DNA of 64,000 bases. Source: Fistulifera solaris (lineage: Eukaryota). Below are positions 36,273 through 52,106 of the stretch, piece by piece. Location: NCBI GenBank assembly GCA_030295235.1, contig AP026162.1, positions 1,178,001 to 1,242,000 of the forward strand. The letters run 5' to 3'. Below the pieces are notes generated by a model, which saw nothing but the letters and a program-made list of their open reading frames with translations, had not been told where the DNA came from and searched no databases. The position numbers were made by a program, and so were the translations under genes. Positions within the stretch are counted from its first letter, which is position 1. Each line of letters begins with the position of its first letter.

Positions 36273-37256
36273 TTACATCGATCCAATTCCGGTCAATTTC
36301 CAGGTCCACTTATCATCTTCGGTCTCGATGACAAGGAATCCCTCTGAGACTCCAATCGATGATGGACGGAACTTAACGATGAATTCAGTAGGATCTCCTC
36401 GTCCGTTCAAACTTCCCTCCGTGGGACTGACACTCCATTCTGCGGTGTTGGTATCGTACGTAAAGGCTGCACGGAAATCTGAAAAGCCCATGAAAGGATT
36501 TTTGATTTTCATCTCAAACACTTGAAACTGATTCATTCGACCAGAAAGGGCGATCTCCCCACAGTTGATGCCTCCCGGAATGACAGGACCAAAGACTTCG
36601 TTCAGGTCGAAATCTTGTGTGCGCTCAACGCCAAAGGAAGAAAGCTTTCGCCAATCTTCGTCAGCAGATTCAGCTATTTTATCAAATTGATCGGTGAAAT
36701 ACTTGTGCTGATTGCGTTCCATCTGTACTTCCTGCTGATTTTTCCAGTTTTCTAGCTGCTGAGCTCTTGCTGTGTCGTAACCTTGTTCAATCAGCTCCTC
36801 TGCGTAACCAGTTGCTTTGCCCCATGCGTTTTTGGCACTCATGACCTTTGATTTGGCCATTTCTGCCGTCTTTTCCCACTCTTTCTCGAGTCCGGTATTT
36901 CCGTCGCCCGCCACACCCATTTGTCCTGTCATAGAACGAAAGAGAAATGTGAGAATGTTCGAACGACAAAGTAGGAATACAGAAAGAAACATACCATCAC
37001 CCCCGTCAAACTCGTTGAAGTCGACATAATCTTTCCAGTCCCCGGGACCATAACGATCAGTACCAGCTTCTCGCGTATTTGGAGGATTATACGTCGGTTG
37101 CTGCGGTTGCTGTGGCTGTTGGGGGCTCGAAAGGTCATCCAAGTAACCTTTTCGAATGGTCGACGGCGTCCGTGACACGATTGATGGGCGAAAAGCTTCG
37201 GCGGAACCCGACAGCGCAAGGAAGTACGCAATGGCAGTGGCAGTTATAAACTTCAT
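36273..37256 (-). CDS. Plastid-targeted protein of unknown function with a C-terminal beta-rich (Ig-like) domain
   Basis: Signal peptide ending AEA-FRP; in-frame intron 36926-36994 gives EFDGGDGQMGVAGDG; the C-terminus has a beta-strand pattern. Confidence 0.8.
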   Translation of the reverse strand: MKFITATAIAYFLALSGSAEAFRPSIVSRTPSTIRKGYLDDLSSPQQPQQPQQPTYNPPNTREAGTDRYGPGDWKDYVDFNEFDGGDGMFLSVFLLCRSNILTFLFRSMTGQMGVAGDGNTGLEKEWEKTAEMAKSKVMSAKNAWGKATGYAEELIEQGYDTARAQQLENWKNQQEVQMERNQHKYFTDQFDKIAESADEDWRKLSSFGVERTQDFDLNEVFGPVIPGGINCGEIALSGRMNQFQVFEMKIKNPFMGFSDFRAAFTYDTNTAEWSVSPTEGSLNGRGDPTEFIVKFRPSSIGVSEGFLVIETEDDKWTWKLTGIGSM

Positions 37257-37770
37257 GTTTTGCGGCTGAATTTTTCAAATGCTTCGGAAAAGAAATAGAA
37301 ATATTACGGGTAGAATGCCATGTGAGTTCGCAGCTTTTTTTTGTTTCGGATCTGGATCTTCCTCGCTGTGCGGATGCGAGCAAGATGCGAGAGCGAGGGG
37401 GAGAAAAGAGAAGAACGAAAGAACGTAAATACAGTCCTACACAGAGTAGTGCGCAGAACCTTCGTTGACAACTGCTACACTTTCGGTCAGTGTTAAGATG
37501 TGACGTGTGCTACGCGATGTAGAAGCGTGTCGTTACGGTATGCATGGACAACGTACAGACTTCGAGCCAGCGCCTTCGACAAAATTTGAATTGACTATAG
37601 CGAAAACAGTGCAATGATTTGAAACTTGAAACGTTTCGAAGCAAAACCAAGCCATCGCTAAAAAAACATTTATTTCACGCCATTTCGCGGTAACACAAGT
37701 GCCAGTTGCATTGCAAGTAGTCACCATTAATTTCGAGCTCGTCCGTTACATCACTTCATCATCTTTTACA

Positions 37771-38156
37771 ATGGAATTCTTGAATCAAATCCCTTCAGAA
37801 CTTAAATTGCCTCTTGTTGTGGCTGTAAGTACCAAACGAATCGCGAACTCTGAATTGAGGACAGATTGCTCACTCGCTCTGTTATTCTCGTTATTTGTCA
37901 GGTTGGCCTTGTTGGTTTCGTGGCCGTCCTTGGTGCTTCCTCCCTTTCCGTTGTGCCAGAAAAGTCCGAAGCGATGGATAAAGTACCGACTAGTCCTGCT
38001 TCAAGCTCGAGCACAGAAGAGACGGACGATGCAGGTGACAAGCCCAAAACACCCAAGAGAACTACGCGCTCTAAAAAGGAAGATTTGGGAACATTCACGT
38101 CCCCGGAAGGACGTCGAATCTCTCGAAGACTGCAGAACAAGCAGAAGGACCATTAA
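37771..38156 (+). CDS. Small protein with an N-terminal TM and a basic, disordered tail
   Basis: ATG at 37771; GT-AG intron 37825-37901 joins LPLVVA to VGLVGFVAVLG. Confidence 0.7.
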
Positions 38157-38340
38157 TGTAATCGGTTTTGTGTCGGCAATATACGTTAAATTGTAAAATG
38201 ATTGTCATTACTTTTAAAATTGATGGATAAGCGCACTGATGCCATTTTGTTGACTACTCAATATTTTCTTTCGAACGAAATCTCTGCATCGTAAGACAGC
38301 CTCAACTTCTTGCTATATTGATGATTTGTTTGACTACTAC

Positions 38341-39641
38341 CTATACGTCTACCACGCGAGCCAGCTTCTGAATACGGTTCAGCAACAGATCTCCTTTCTG
38401 AATCATTTCGCGGTACTGTGCATTCTTCAAATCCGGTCGATTTGTCACAATGACACCTCCATATTTATCAATTTTGGCAGAGAGGCGGTTGGACGCAATG
38501 AAGCGACTGGCGTGGTAGTCAACAAAGTCAGGGCTCACTCCAAAGGCGTCGGCCAATGCCTGGAGAGTCACCGATTGATACGAGTCCAAGAACTGCTTGT
38601 AAGCGAGAATATGCAACTCTCTCATCCAGAAAGCTGCATGTGGATGCAAGTAACGGTCTTTCATTAGAACGGCTTCGACTTCCACCATAGAGCGCAAGTA
38701 TGACTTGTAGTCGCAGTCGTAGAAAGCCCGAACAAGATTGATCTAGACGAACGCATCATATAGTAGAGCGGTCAGTATACACAAGCACAAACTCAGCAAG
38801 CAAGATAATAAAAAGGAAAAGACTTACCACTTGCGGGATTTCTGTTGCCACAGAAATAATCTCCGGTCCGTCGATGATGTGCTTCTTCAATCCGGGACGC
38901 GGCAGATGCAACATGTTCGTTAGAATCGCATAAACAATGAAATCCGAATAAGTGCAGATCTCGTTGCATGTGAAAGTAGCAATGCAATCCAACAGCAGCT
39001 TGCTGGCAGCTTCCATATCCCGATGCAACATGAATTGCAGTCCCTTGTAAACCTTGAGACGATTACGACGATCCCAATCACCTCCACTTCCTTCATTCGC
39101 CAGCTTGTCGGCCTGCTCGATGAAATGATCGGCCTTTTTCGAATCTCCGTAAAAGATGCGACTCTGGCACTTTCCATCAAGGCATCAATCTTTTTCCGGA
39201 CGATAGCTTGGGCAAATCAATGACTTTCTGATACGCCTCCAAAGCTTCCGCTTCGGAAAGCGATTTAGCGGCAAAGCGGGCAATTTCCAAACGGGCGTCC
39301 ATGACTTCCATATCGCCAGCACTTTCTTTCGCTTCTTCTACTTTTCGTTCGAGCTCCTCGAGTTCCGCGGCAAGCTTGTTCTCCATGGCTTTTAGACCGT
39401 CTTCGGTCAGTAATGCCGGCGAGGCACCGGTCTGCATGCTCCCGCTGATTGCGTCTCGGAGATGACGATACAATGAAGGGTTCTCGAGTTCTGCTGCAAT
39501 CTGGTTGAAAAGTTCAACTTGCAGGGACTCCTGATGAGGGAGATGGATCGCGCAGTGCATCTTCTGACAAAAATCCATGTTGGGGTAAGGCGCGGCTGTT
39601 TCCTCTGTCGCCGAAGGCGCTCCGCTAGATGGCTTGGACAT
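38341..39641 (-). CDS. RPN7: 26S proteasome non-ATPase regulatory subunit RPN7 (PSMD6)
   Basis: Motifs EEAKESAGDMEV, DWDRRNRLKVYKG, AYKQFLDSY, KIDKYGG and IQKGDLLLNRIQKL (PCI domain); intron 38743-38827; frameshifts at ~39190 and ~39090. Confidence 0.95.
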
Positions 39642-39983
39642 GATTAATTGGAGAAGTTGAACGAATACGAAGCTATCTACAGGCTACGAGGGAATGAAAA
39701 TGGAGTTATCGTTGACCGCCGCTGTTATGATGTTTTATCATGGTCTCGAATTCGTCGTCGTCCCTTTTTTGTCACGGCGACCCGGATCGAAGGTTTCGGA
39801 AAAGGTCTGTCCGTCAACGAGCAAAAGCTTCTTTCATGCCTCCACCTGACAGAATAAAGAATGTCGCAGACGTCCTTAGACCATGATAATTCGATACAAA
39901 AGACAGAAGACAATATCTCTTTAGCAACCTTTGTGCAAATGGAATGAAATACGTCAAAGTCGAACACATGAAAAACTGCACCA

Positions 39984-40478
39984 CTTCGAACGGCTACGTA
40001 TATTCACGTAGATCTCGTAGGGAAATTTATCGACAGAGGGGATACCCGGATATTGTCCAATTTCGATCACACCATTTCTCGCGTCTTTCCGACACTAATG
40101 ACAACAACACTATGCCCAACATTGTGTATGCGTGCAATAAAGCAATAATCTACCGTGATTGGACTGTGAAACATGAAACAGTAAAATAATACGAAGCTTC
40201 GAATGTCTACGCGTAATTTACGTAGCCGCCGTAGGAAATTTATCTCTGCAGGGGTACCCGGAAATTGTGTTTTTCTCCGTCCTCCAATTCTTGCATCTAC
40301 AGTGCCCAGATGTCATCGTTTCCTTGTCCACCGTACTTTCTTCGTATCAGGAAGCAATAATTGTCATCGGTTCGAAAACAAAATGTTGATCGAACGGATG
40401 CTGCAACGCTTCGAACGGCTACGTATATTCACGTAGCTCTCGTAGGAAATTTATCGACAGAGGGATGGCGGATAAGGT
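39984..40478 (+). repeat. Diverged ~213-bp tandem array (about 2.3 units) with a conserved ~75-bp core
   Basis: Cores start at ~39984, ~40197 and ~40409; AAGCAATAAT recurs at ~40139 and 40352. Confidence 0.85.
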
Positions 40479-41948
40479 GGCTGCATGCGCGTCTCGGTGC
40501 GCTCATGATGTTAAGCCGAGTAAAGTGTATTTGAAAGAAGTAAACTCGCCTACTTGCCTGTTTGTAGCGTCTAGTTGCGTGTTATGTTCCGCAATAGCAC
40601 GCCTTGTTCTCTTCGTAAAGCCGTTTTTCTTTCACCCGCTATTAGTCGTCTATGTCTTCCTTTCGAATCTCACGTCCCTACAGGTGCATTCACGACAGAT
40701 CAAGACCTTCGATTGGAGATACAACTAAGTCACCAATCCTTTTTCGCATGCTACGTGAATTGGAATCACTTCAGACGGATAATAGCAATTGGAGGAAGGT
40801 GCTACAAGCTCATACGTTTCGTCTGTACTCGGGAAGGCTTTGCATCTTGACCAAGACAATCTTCATGCGTGACATAGACTACATGCATACCCTTTCTTTT
40901 GCCGGTTAACACGACTTGCCGTGCACGGGCTCGTTGTGGCTCACAACAGCGGATCTCCTGCATAAGTCCTCATAACAAAAGCCTGGTGCCTGGTGCTGAT
41001 ACATCTACGGCAAAATGTCAACCAGCCATAATGCTATCACCATCCATGACATCAGTTGCCTTGTCGCTGTCATGGACCAATCAACCGATAAAACACCCAC
41101 CAAGGCACCAACGGCAACGATTGACATTCCAGGTTGTTTTTCGTAAAAGAAATCCGTACCGAACGGGTCTATCGGACATTTCTTTCGCATACTTGTATAT
41201 CCGTTGATGACTCGTCCGCATGCTGGGTTTCTCAATTTATTTGATGTGAAGAGTGAAACCTTGTTTTCGGAAGTGTAAAAGATCGATGATTGCTGGTTGA
41301 TGACTGATGACGTAAGTCGAATTGATATCGTGCCATCTTAGCCACCTTCACCGCCCTAGGTCAACGCGTCGTGACGGCAAAAGTACCAAACTATGCAGCA
41401 TTAAATGGTAAATTGAACGAATTTCGCGTCGTTTCCGTCGCTATACCAACTTATTGATCAAGAATGATAACATGCATCAAAGAAATGCCAGAAAATGAAA
41501 GGTTATCCGTCCCAAACTCGACCATGGCGGTCGAATGAAGTTGATGCAAAGAATGGGCCAAAAATCATGGGCAATCAATCCCCTTGCATTTTGGAGCAAA
41601 AATTCACGGTTTGGCACACTAACTCTGTGAAGTAGATAATAAGGATGTGTATCTCGAAGAAGTAGTCTTCTGATCGGAGCGGTACTTGTCTTGTGCGACA
41701 TGTCGTAGCGTGTGTGCAAAATGTCGCTCAGGACGCACGGACAGACTGGACCCTCTTTCAGACTCGTGACCAAAAAGAGAGAGCGTGACTGGTATTATAG
41801 TACTTAATTACCTATAGCCGACGTCAGCATTGCATCGAACGAGCGAGACCGCCGCCTTTATTCTTTATTTGCATTGCATTGCAATGCATCGTTATAAGGT
41901 CTAACCAAAAACTGAGAGGAAACAGTGACGATAACGATAGCGAATAGC

Positions 41949-43558
41949 ATGCCAGCACGTTTGTTTCGAGTGTCGCCCCTTTGGTTACAGCCTTCTGTTC
42001 GCTTTTCTTCATTGAGTTGCTCATTGAATTCTGCTCATAGCCCTGATCCCTCACGAGAGACCCTCTTCGTCAACAGAAGGTGTTATTCTTCTTACAAAAT
42101 CGCCATTGTTGGAAGCGGACCTGCGGGATGCTATTCTGCCAAGTATTTGAAGTCCTCATTTGAGAAACAAGAGCATCGCGCACAAATTGATGTAATAGAA
42201 CGACTGCCGACCCCGTTCGGTTTGGTGCGATACGGTGTAGCTCCTGATCATTCTGAAGTGAAGAATGTTCAAAATGATTTTGCCGCGCTCTTTGAGGGCA
42301 CCGATGAAAGTGTTGAATCCGTGAATGTGCGTTTCTTGGGTAATGTAGAAGTGGGCTGGGATGTCACCGTGACGGAACTTCGTTCCATGTACGATATTGT
42401 ATTACTGGCTTACGGTTGCGAATCCGATCGTAAACTGGTTCTTCCCGGATCTCATTTGCCGCAAATATTGTCGGCAAGGGAATTTGTTGCTTGGTACAAC
42501 GGCCACCCAGATTTTGTACACGTGGGTGAGCAAGTATCCAAGGCTCTGCAAGTGACAGCAGCGGACACGGTGGAAAGTGTTCGAAACGCTCATGTTGTGG
42601 TGATTGGTCACGGAAATGTGGCACTGGATTGCGCCAGAATACTTGCCAAGGGTTGTCAGAACTTGCATGATACCGACATAGCCTCGCACACATTTCCTGT
42701 TATTGGAGGAGGTATATCGCACATTTCCGTGATCGGCAGAAGAGGTCCCATTCAAGGGGCCTTTACCATCAAAGAGATTCGCGAGCTCGTTCGGCTTCAA
42801 AAAGAAGGGTATGGAACTTCCTTCCACGTATCCCCACAAGAATTGAAGCTAGGAATGAACGAAGCGTCAATACAGGAAATGGAAGGACTAGCTGGTCGAC
42901 CGAAGCAACGGATATGTGACTTGCTACTGAAAGCGGCTGCGAGCGAATCGCAAACCTCAGAATGTGAAAAGAGAGTCGACTTGCGTTTCCTTTTGAAACC
43001 GCTTCGATTTGAAACAAAAGACGATGATCCATCTCGACTGTCGGCAGTTATTTGTGAAAAGACGGCGTTACGTGGTGAGCCTGGATGTCAAAAGGCGATT
43101 GGAACTGGCGAGTACGAGTCGCTCTATGCCGATCTTGTGTTAGTTAGTATCGGCTACAAAGGTACAGCCTTGCCCGATGTAGAACCGTTTTTGACGAGGA
43201 GATGGGAATTTTACGAAATCGGAACGGTAAGGTTGATCAATCAAATGACTTCGAATGTGGTCTTTATGTCGCTGGTTGGCTGAAACGTGGGCCGTCTGGG
43301 ATCATCGGAACAAACATACCCGATGCCAAAGACACGGTTGCTTCAATTATGCGAGATCTTCTAGATACGAAGCCGCGCGTGCAACGTGCAGGAGACATTG
43401 ATTCAATATTGGCAGAGCGAAAGATACAAGTGGTGGGGTGGGAAGATTACAAGAGATTAGACGATTACGAGCAAACTCACAAACGAAGTGACAACCAGCC
43501 AAGGGAGAAAGTTGTTAGCATCAAGCAACAACTAGAAGCTGCTTTAAAAAGTGGTTGA
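41949..43558 (+). CDS. FDXR: NADPH:adrenodoxin (ferredoxin) oxidoreductase, mitochondrial
   Basis: Motifs IVGSGPAG, PTPFGLVRYGVAPDH, FVAWYNGHP, GHGNVALDCARIL and GWLKRGPSGIIGTN; R/S-rich presequence; frameshift at ~43190. Confidence 0.93.
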
Positions 43559-43642
43559 AATGCCACGACGTCTAAAGTCTCGTTTGCCTATACTCTAGCG
43601 CAGTGCGGACATCGCCCATCTTTTCTTTAGGTTAAATATCAA

Positions 43643-46377
<2,735 letters not shown>

Positions 46378-46508
46378 CTAAGGTTATACAAAGGATCCGT
46401 TTGTTAGTATTTAATAATTTCATCCCGCAGCTTATTTTTAATATGCGCAATAAATTTCCTGTTTTATCATTCGTAAATAGGTCCGTCTGTCATAGGCAAC
46501 GATAACGT

Positions 46509-47440
46509 TCAAGGAAGTGAATCGATAGCTTCCTGAGCTGCCGACAAATCAATCATCGCAGCATTTCGTATAAGCCCGGCATCCACTGAACCGCAAACAA
46601 GCGAGTATCCTCGCGAAAACATCTCTTCACGCTACGACCCGGAACCTGGAAGCCAGCAAGTAAACACCCACTCGCCAGAACGCTCTCCTCGGCTTTCAAG
46701 ATCAAATCTTTGACATCCTCGTCTTCAAACCGCCCCATTTTGCCTATGCTGCATGATAAATCAAAAGGCCCCAAAAGGATTCCATCTATACCCTCCACCT
46801 CGGCAATTGATGGAATTGCCATCACGCCACTTTCGCTCTCCACTTGCACCATAACTAAAAGATCCTCTTGACACTGCTTGAGATAGGTTTCCGTATTGAT
46901 TCTACCCCATCCGGTAGCTCGCACAAAGGGAGCAGCACACCCACGTGTTCCTTCATTACTCGCAGAGCGCAAGTCGCTCGACGGCGGATATCGTGTTGAT
47001 ACTACAACTTCCTTCGCCGTTGCCGCGTCCTCCACCATGGGAACCAAAACACCTCCAGGTAATTGCATTGAGTCAAGAACTTTTTTCATATACACAGGAT
47101 CATGATTCGGAAGCCGGACTATGGCTTCTGTTGGATGTCGTCCCTCGAGGGATGCAATGGAATGAGATGATTGAATTGCTTGCAGCAGTCTTTGTCCCGA
47201 GTTGACATCGGTTGGACTATGATCGTGATCAACGACAATATGACCATAACCTGTAAGCGCTAGCACTTCGGCCACAACTGGAGAATCGGTTAAAGTCAAA
47301 GGACCATATGAGCGTCCTCCAGAAAGAAGACGCTGCCGAAGGCTCACGGATAAGACTGACATCGTATACAATGACACCAAGACGAAGATTGCGTAAATCA
47401 TATTACTCGTCTCATGGGTTGCGACAGATTCTGCTTGCAA
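46509..47440 (-). CDS. HpcH/HpaI-family class II pyruvate aldolase
   Basis: Motifs IVRLP..KKVLD..GVLVPMV, RYPP..GTRG, MVQVES and GPFDLS; a frameshift at ~46625 restores GYSLVCGSVD. The start is uncertain. Confidence 0.88.
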
Positions 47441-47885
47441 TGGATAGTAGGGGTCTTTCGTTTGCTACTATATGATGTTGTCGTTACTACAGCATCATTC
47501 ATCATTCTCTTTTCGAGGAAAATGCAAGAGGTTGCAAATAAAACAAAAGTGCCACACGATTGCAGCGTTCATTCACGAAAGCCTGTCACAGCCAAGATGA
47601 CCAAGATAGTAGAGTGAAAAGTCTGTCGTAGAAAGTAGGATCGGCTTGTCTAACTTAGTACTATGTATCACTCGTCATTCGAAATATTTTGAACGATAAC
47701 GCGTTTTCTTACTTAAAGAGGAACCGAGCCAACAAACTGTCTCTCTTTATTTACAAAATCTCATCGAGCCGGCACGTCTTGTGAACGCAAAGGCCTCACC
47801 GAAACGCATTGACCATGGTGAGAGGCATTTTTCGAAGCAATCTTACCTCATCACAAGACAGCTTGTAAAGAGGGCGAATATCATC

Positions 47886-50779
47886 ATGAGCAGTGTTTTA
47901 GACATATTGCGGTCGCATTGCGAAGATCATCAAGATAGTAGAGGCGATGACCAATCGCTTTCTGTAGAACGTCGTGCCGCCAAGATCGTGGAAGAGATCG
48001 AAGAGTATGGTCTTGCAAATCAGATGCAGCGAATTGCCTTGGACACTTCTGATGGTAATTGCACCTTTGAACAAGAAGTAGCTGCTCAGCTGATTCATTT
48101 CCTTGAGTGCTCTTTGCACTCTCTCGTGGAGACAGATAGTGAGAGTAAGGAGGCCGTGAAAGCAGTTCTTGAACTGCTTGCCATAGTTTCGTCCTGCGAT
48201 CCTTCGATTTGTAAGCCAGTGGTTGAGCGCGCTGTACAGCTGTCGGAAACAAAATTGGATAGCGTGCGTGCTTCTGTCTGTCAGTTCATAGGATGGGCTG
48301 TTGGGAAGATCATGTCTCTGTCTTCGAAAAAGATCGACCAGTTCAATGATGTTTTGGATTCGGCGTCACAGGTGTTGCTTCCGCGAATGACGGATAAAAG
48401 CCAAAGCGTTCGCCTTTCAGCGATCAAGGCTAGCGCCCATTTCTTCACCAACGATGCCACCGATCCTGACATCCTTCAGTCCCTTCTTTGGTGTATGCAA
48501 CATGATACATCCGTTGCAAATCGTGTTGCGGCAACTGAATGCGTTCCAATTAACTTGGAGACTATTAATTACGTCATTCAGCGTATTCGTGACGTTAAAA
48601 GCAAAGTTCGTGTGGCCGCTCTTCAATCGATTCGGGTCAAATGCAGTGACTTGTCGCTGCTCGATCCGACGCAGTGTGCAGCGCTCTTGCAAGCCGGGTA
48701 TACTGAGCGGTAAGTATTTCTGATTCGTTACTTGCTTCATCTGTTTGATGACATTCTCACGCGTGATATTGATATTATGCAGATGCCAAGAGACGAAAGC
48801 TGAAACCGAAAAAAGTCGTTTGTTTGAGCTGGATGAAACTGGTCAAATACGATTGCCTCCAATTGTTCAAGCATTTGTCTGTTATAGATCACGACAAGGA
48901 GTGCGAGATTGTTGCGACAATCCTGTTCCACGCATGCAACTCGGACGATGCACTTGCTACGTTAGGCGACGCAGAAGCTCGTGAGTTCCGTGATGCCGTC
49001 CAAAATTCAGTGGTCTCCCTTGTGGATGTCGCGAACGAAAAATCTTTGTCGGCCGAGAGCCTTTTCATGTCAGTATCAGCATGTAAACTAGCGAGCTCAC
49101 AAAAAGACAAAGAAGCAACTCTCGAAAAGATCCTGCCCGAGATTTCGATCCTTTGTCAGACTTTAGAGAAGCTTGCCGGTGATCTCATCAATGCGATCGA
49201 AGCTGACAACAGCGAATCCCAGGACTTTCTCGTTTTCATGTGTGAGCAGCTAATGAAGCTCGCCGTTCTGAGTGATCTTGAAGAAGGATCGCGACGCATT
49301 TTCGTCACTGCTCTACGTCGACTCCTATCTTCTTTGCTCACGCCCGATGATCTAATTACCGAGGCCGTCAAAACACTGCATACAGTGAGCTTGAATGATT
49401 CTGAATTTCTCGATCATACGATGGCAGTGATTCATCAGCTCGACATGCTTTCCCAAGATCAGGAAGACATTTTAGTGAGCTACAAGCTCAGGACTATGTC
49501 TATCTTGTGTTCATTCTTCGAAACTGTCAATCCTAGCTCGAGCTTGGACTCGTCCTTGAACGAAATATCGGAGTACATTCTACCTGCACTTTCCCAGCCA
49601 AATCGACTTTTGCGCGAGGCGGCAATAAACTGCCTGGGAAGATTTGGTCTGTTTGCTTCGAAAGATCAAGTCGAAGGCAACTACCTGTTGTTGCTGACTG
49701 GAGTTTGCAGAGATGTCGAAGAAGTAGAAGAAGTCAGAGCACAAGCATTGCTCTCCATTGCCGATTGGTCGTTTGTCTACGGTGTCTGCGACGACACTGC
49801 TCTTGTGATCACCGACTTTCTTGAGCGTCCCGAGCATCCTAAATCCTTGTCTTACATTGCAGCTGAAATTGCAACCAAGCTTTTGCTGTCAGGCAAAGTC
49901 GATAATGCCGCATGGTTGGGCAATTTACTTTCCACATTCTTCGATCCACAAACTGAGAAAGATTTTGATGAGTTCGACGATGTTACGCAGGTCGGCAATC
50001 CCATTCGGGTTCATCAAATTCTAACCATTTTCTTCCCTGCGTACGCTTGCATGCATGTGAACAAATATGAAAACTTGTTCGATGGCGTCGGTTTGGCTTT
50101 GCAGCGCGTACAGGATCTTCGAGATCAGCGGAAGAAAGCTTCGAAACGGGGCACGTCTCGTAAGACCTCCGCTGGTACTTTCCCCTATACAAAACTTTTA
50201 GATTACGTTGTCAACATCATGGAAGACGCCTGGTCACATGCCAATTCATCCGAACAAGAGGGCACCGACAAGGAAGGTAATGAGGAAGGTTCGCAGCAAA
50301 GAGATTTTGTTCTTCGGGCTGCACTTGAGGTGGCCTCCTATCTCGAAAAGAATCTATGTGATCTTGGAGTGACTATCATTCGGACATTATGCAAATGGTT
50401 AAGTTCTCAAGAACTCGATATCTCGTCGTGTGCCACGAAGTCTTTGTCCAAACTAAAAACCTGTGTGGACGGGATCGAGATGGCTCTGTCCGATTCCACA
50501 GCTGAGAAGTACTTGGCGCCGCTCGTGACTCGCCTTTCTCAAGTACCTGCGGAAGACAGCTCTCGATCTGAATCTGGTGAAGACTCGGAAGATGACCAAG
50601 AAAATGACGAGTTAGCGAATTCATTCTACAACCTACGGGTGTCGAGTGAATCACCGCCTCCTAAGGAAAACTTACCGACAGATCTTTCCTCACTGTCCAG
50701 CAAGCGCAGTAGCAGCGAGTTTCTTCCCACTCCCAGCAGACAGTCCAGATTCGCTGAACGCCATTTGAATGTAGAATAA
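47886..50779 (+). CDS. NCAPG: Condensin I HEAT subunit CAP-G (Cnd3/Ycg1)
   Basis: HEAT motifs RMTDKSQSVR, HDTSVANRVAA, RIRDVKSKVR, REAAINCLG and HQILTIFFPAY; intron 48710-48782; frameshift in the A-run at ~48810. Confidence 0.82.
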
Positions 50780-50863
50780 ACGTTTCTTTTTAAATAATTG
50801 TTTGCGACAACTCAATCTAACTTATAGTGAATCTTTGTGAAGACAGTAATCGTATCCTAAAAC

Positions 50864-52106
50864 TTATTCGGCAGTCTTTTCTTCCTCTTCCTCCTCCTCC
50901 TCGTCGAAGTCCTCATCAGCTTCGTCCTCTTCCGGAACAGGGTCTTTCTTTTCCAGATAATCCTTGTCAAAGAAATGCAAACGTACGTATCCATCTTCGG
51001 CACCACTAGCATAGCTTCTGCCGTTCGGATTGATATCGACTAAAAAAGCGGTTAGCGCCTTGCAGTACATATTTCGAAGATAATTCAATCAACAAAACTT
51101 ACGCGCATTGATCGGACCGAAATGCCCTTTCACTATGCCGAACTCATCTTCATAAACAAGGTTGAAGAATCGGGTCTCGAACTTTCCAACTTTGCCCGAT
51201 GTTGTCGTCACACTCATGGCTTCCTGACCTCCCCCGAGCAGAATGTGGTCTTTCTGTTCAGATATTACTGCGTCATTTACGGGACGATCGGTTCGGTACG
51301 TTTTGAGGTGCGTCAAGTCGACCGGGTCGTACAGTTTGGATGTAAAATCCGCCGAACTGGTGATGAACAATGTTTTCTCGCGGTTGAAACGGAGTCGGTT
51401 GATTTTCTTTTCATGCGCGGTAATTTCTTCTTTCAGATCACCTGTTTCGGGGTCATACAAGCGAATCTGGCCGTTGTCAAAGGCGACCAACAAGTCTTCG
51501 TTCAACGCCGTCCAGTGGACGTGTGTGGGCTTTACAACTTTTCCATTGATCTTGGGCAATTCAATTTCCAATCTGGGAGTTTCGCTATAAGTAGAAGGAT
51601 CTTGGTCTTCTGGTGCGTCAAAGACACAAATCTTGGCCGGGTGATCGACGAAGGGATCGGAAATGGTGACAAACATTTGTGAACCTTCCGCCCAGGCAAC
51701 TCCGCGGACGGGGCCTCTGTGATTGAAAACAAAGATACATTCTCCCGTGCGAACATCCCAGAGACGACACGAAGTGTCCGCTGAAGCTGTTAGTAGACGT
51801 TTTGTGAAGCGATCGCAATCCAAATCCCACACAGTTCCCTTATGGCCGTTGTAAGTGCCCAGACGTTCACCGTTTTCGACTCGCCACACGGACGGCACAA
51901 GATCCTTCGATGCGGTGAAGAGGAGATCCCCATCATGATTGAACTGAACCGTTGTGATGGGTCGCTCGTGACCTTGTAGTAAATACGGTCTCTGCAAACA
52001 AAAAAAAGAAATACAAGAAGAACATGAGAAAAAGGAACCTGTCGGATCGATTTCATATTTTGCGATTGTTCTCAAAGGGCTAATGCGAAGGACGTGCGTT
52101 TTACAT
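50864..52106 (-). CDS. EIF3I: Eukaryotic translation initiation factor 3 subunit I (WD40)
   Basis: Motifs [41 protein letters not shown] and [11 protein letters not shown]; intron 51040-51102. The first intron ends at 51992; the ATG micro-exon at ~52106 is inferred. Confidence 0.93.

Noticed and set aside
39984..40478. CRISPR array
   Set aside because: The repeats and spacers are too long, the spacers are partly homologous to each other, there are no cas genes, and the context is eukaryotic.
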